DNA of 64,000 nt, from positions 310,001 to 374,000 of the forward strand of contig CM120645.1 in the NCBI GenBank assembly GCA_051362555.1. Direction: 5' to 3'. This DNA comes from Lingula anatina. Lineage: Eukaryota > Animalia > Brachiopoda. Each line of letters starts with the position of its first letter. Position 1 is the stretch's first letter. The notes under the pieces are model-generated. The model made no database searches. It had not been told where the DNA came from and saw nothing but the letters and a program-made list of their open reading frames with translations. A program made the translations under genes and the position numbers. Shown piece by piece: positions 63,101 through 64,000 of the stretch.

Positions 63101-64000
63101 GTTCATAATTGACTGCTGAGATCGTAAACTATTGTAAGTTCCACAGAACGGGAACCGATACAAACTGAGATTTGAAAAGCAATATGCAAGTCGATATCAA
63201 ATAACAATCATCTTCTGTTTGAGGTGAATTAGAATCACAAAGCAGCACAGTTTTCCCAGAACTTCCAACAATTACCGACGTTGACTTATCAATGAATTTG
63301 TACTGAAGTTGAATTTTTTGATTGCCATTTATAGTAAATGCCGTGGATATTGGCTGAAATTTCCAAAGTTCAAACGAAGCAAGAAGTTCTATATGGTGTT
63401 CACACAGAGGAAGACAATCCAACATTTATAGACTATCAGTAATCTCTGATATAAGGCAAGTCAATTAGGCAATCTGAATACGGAGTCTGAAAAGATTTCA
63501 TGGTGATTTCTGCGAACAAATCGATGAACACGTATTGGCGTCAAGACAGCAATTAAATGACGGATTCGCCGTAAATGGGAGTATTTCCCAGCCGATGGAG
63601 TTCCTTGTAGACTATATGAAAAATTTACCCAGTTTAAGGCAGAAACATACACTAAATATACAGGATATCATAAAACCATTAGACACGGAGATTCCATAAA
63701 GAACATGTTATCTCTGATAGAATGACTCAAACTTTGGTCCACTTCTGTTATTATGCTTGCGCGGGTTGTATGTGTTAGCTCATGCAACGTAAGAAGCCAT
63801 TAAAACACTGGGGACAACCATGCGTCTATTTGCAGATCAACATAAAAAAACACCTTAAAGAGAGCGAAATAAATCAATTACTATCTGGGTAATTTAAAAG
63901 TAATTATCATCAAATTAACAGCCCTTTACCTATGTTATGTATGTTTTACCCCGAAAAGTACCCATATAATTATTTTTGCTTCTTATGTTACAAAATAAAT

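Noticed and set aside
63129-63652. Two short minus-strand ORFs near the window end
   Set aside because: No recognisable domain and no consistent splice signals linking them.

Overview
AT-rich genomic DNA from a eukaryote, most likely a marine bilaterian invertebrate (inferred from the spliceosomal introns, gene content and repeat types). Left half: a 10-coding-exon CDK20/CCRK gene (minus strand, 938-17277) whose largest intron hosts an opposite-strand, single-coding-exon GT61 (EOGT-like) glycosyltransferase gene; a 16-coding-exon PUS7 (TruD) gene (minus, 19966-27227); and, head-to-head with PUS7, an intron-containing tRNA-Leu(CAA) followed by an exact 245-bp duplication of its 3' half. Centre: a Helentron-type non-autonomous element, then a tandem array of four TRIM genes with intronless CDS (RING-Bbox1-Bbox2-coiled coil-NHL, no filamin domain, TRIM56/TRIM2-3-like). 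Three are intact. One has lost 288 codons in frame and keeps only an open NHL propeller. The paralogs differ mostly in predicted ligand-face loops, show mosaic ancestry, and two share a conserved IRF-type element. This is the best candidate for an undescribed system here: an inducible, diversifying immune-type TRIM-NHL locus (inference). The right ~12 kb is mostly non-coding with MITEs. All exon coordinates and alignments were derived by hand; no database search was run.
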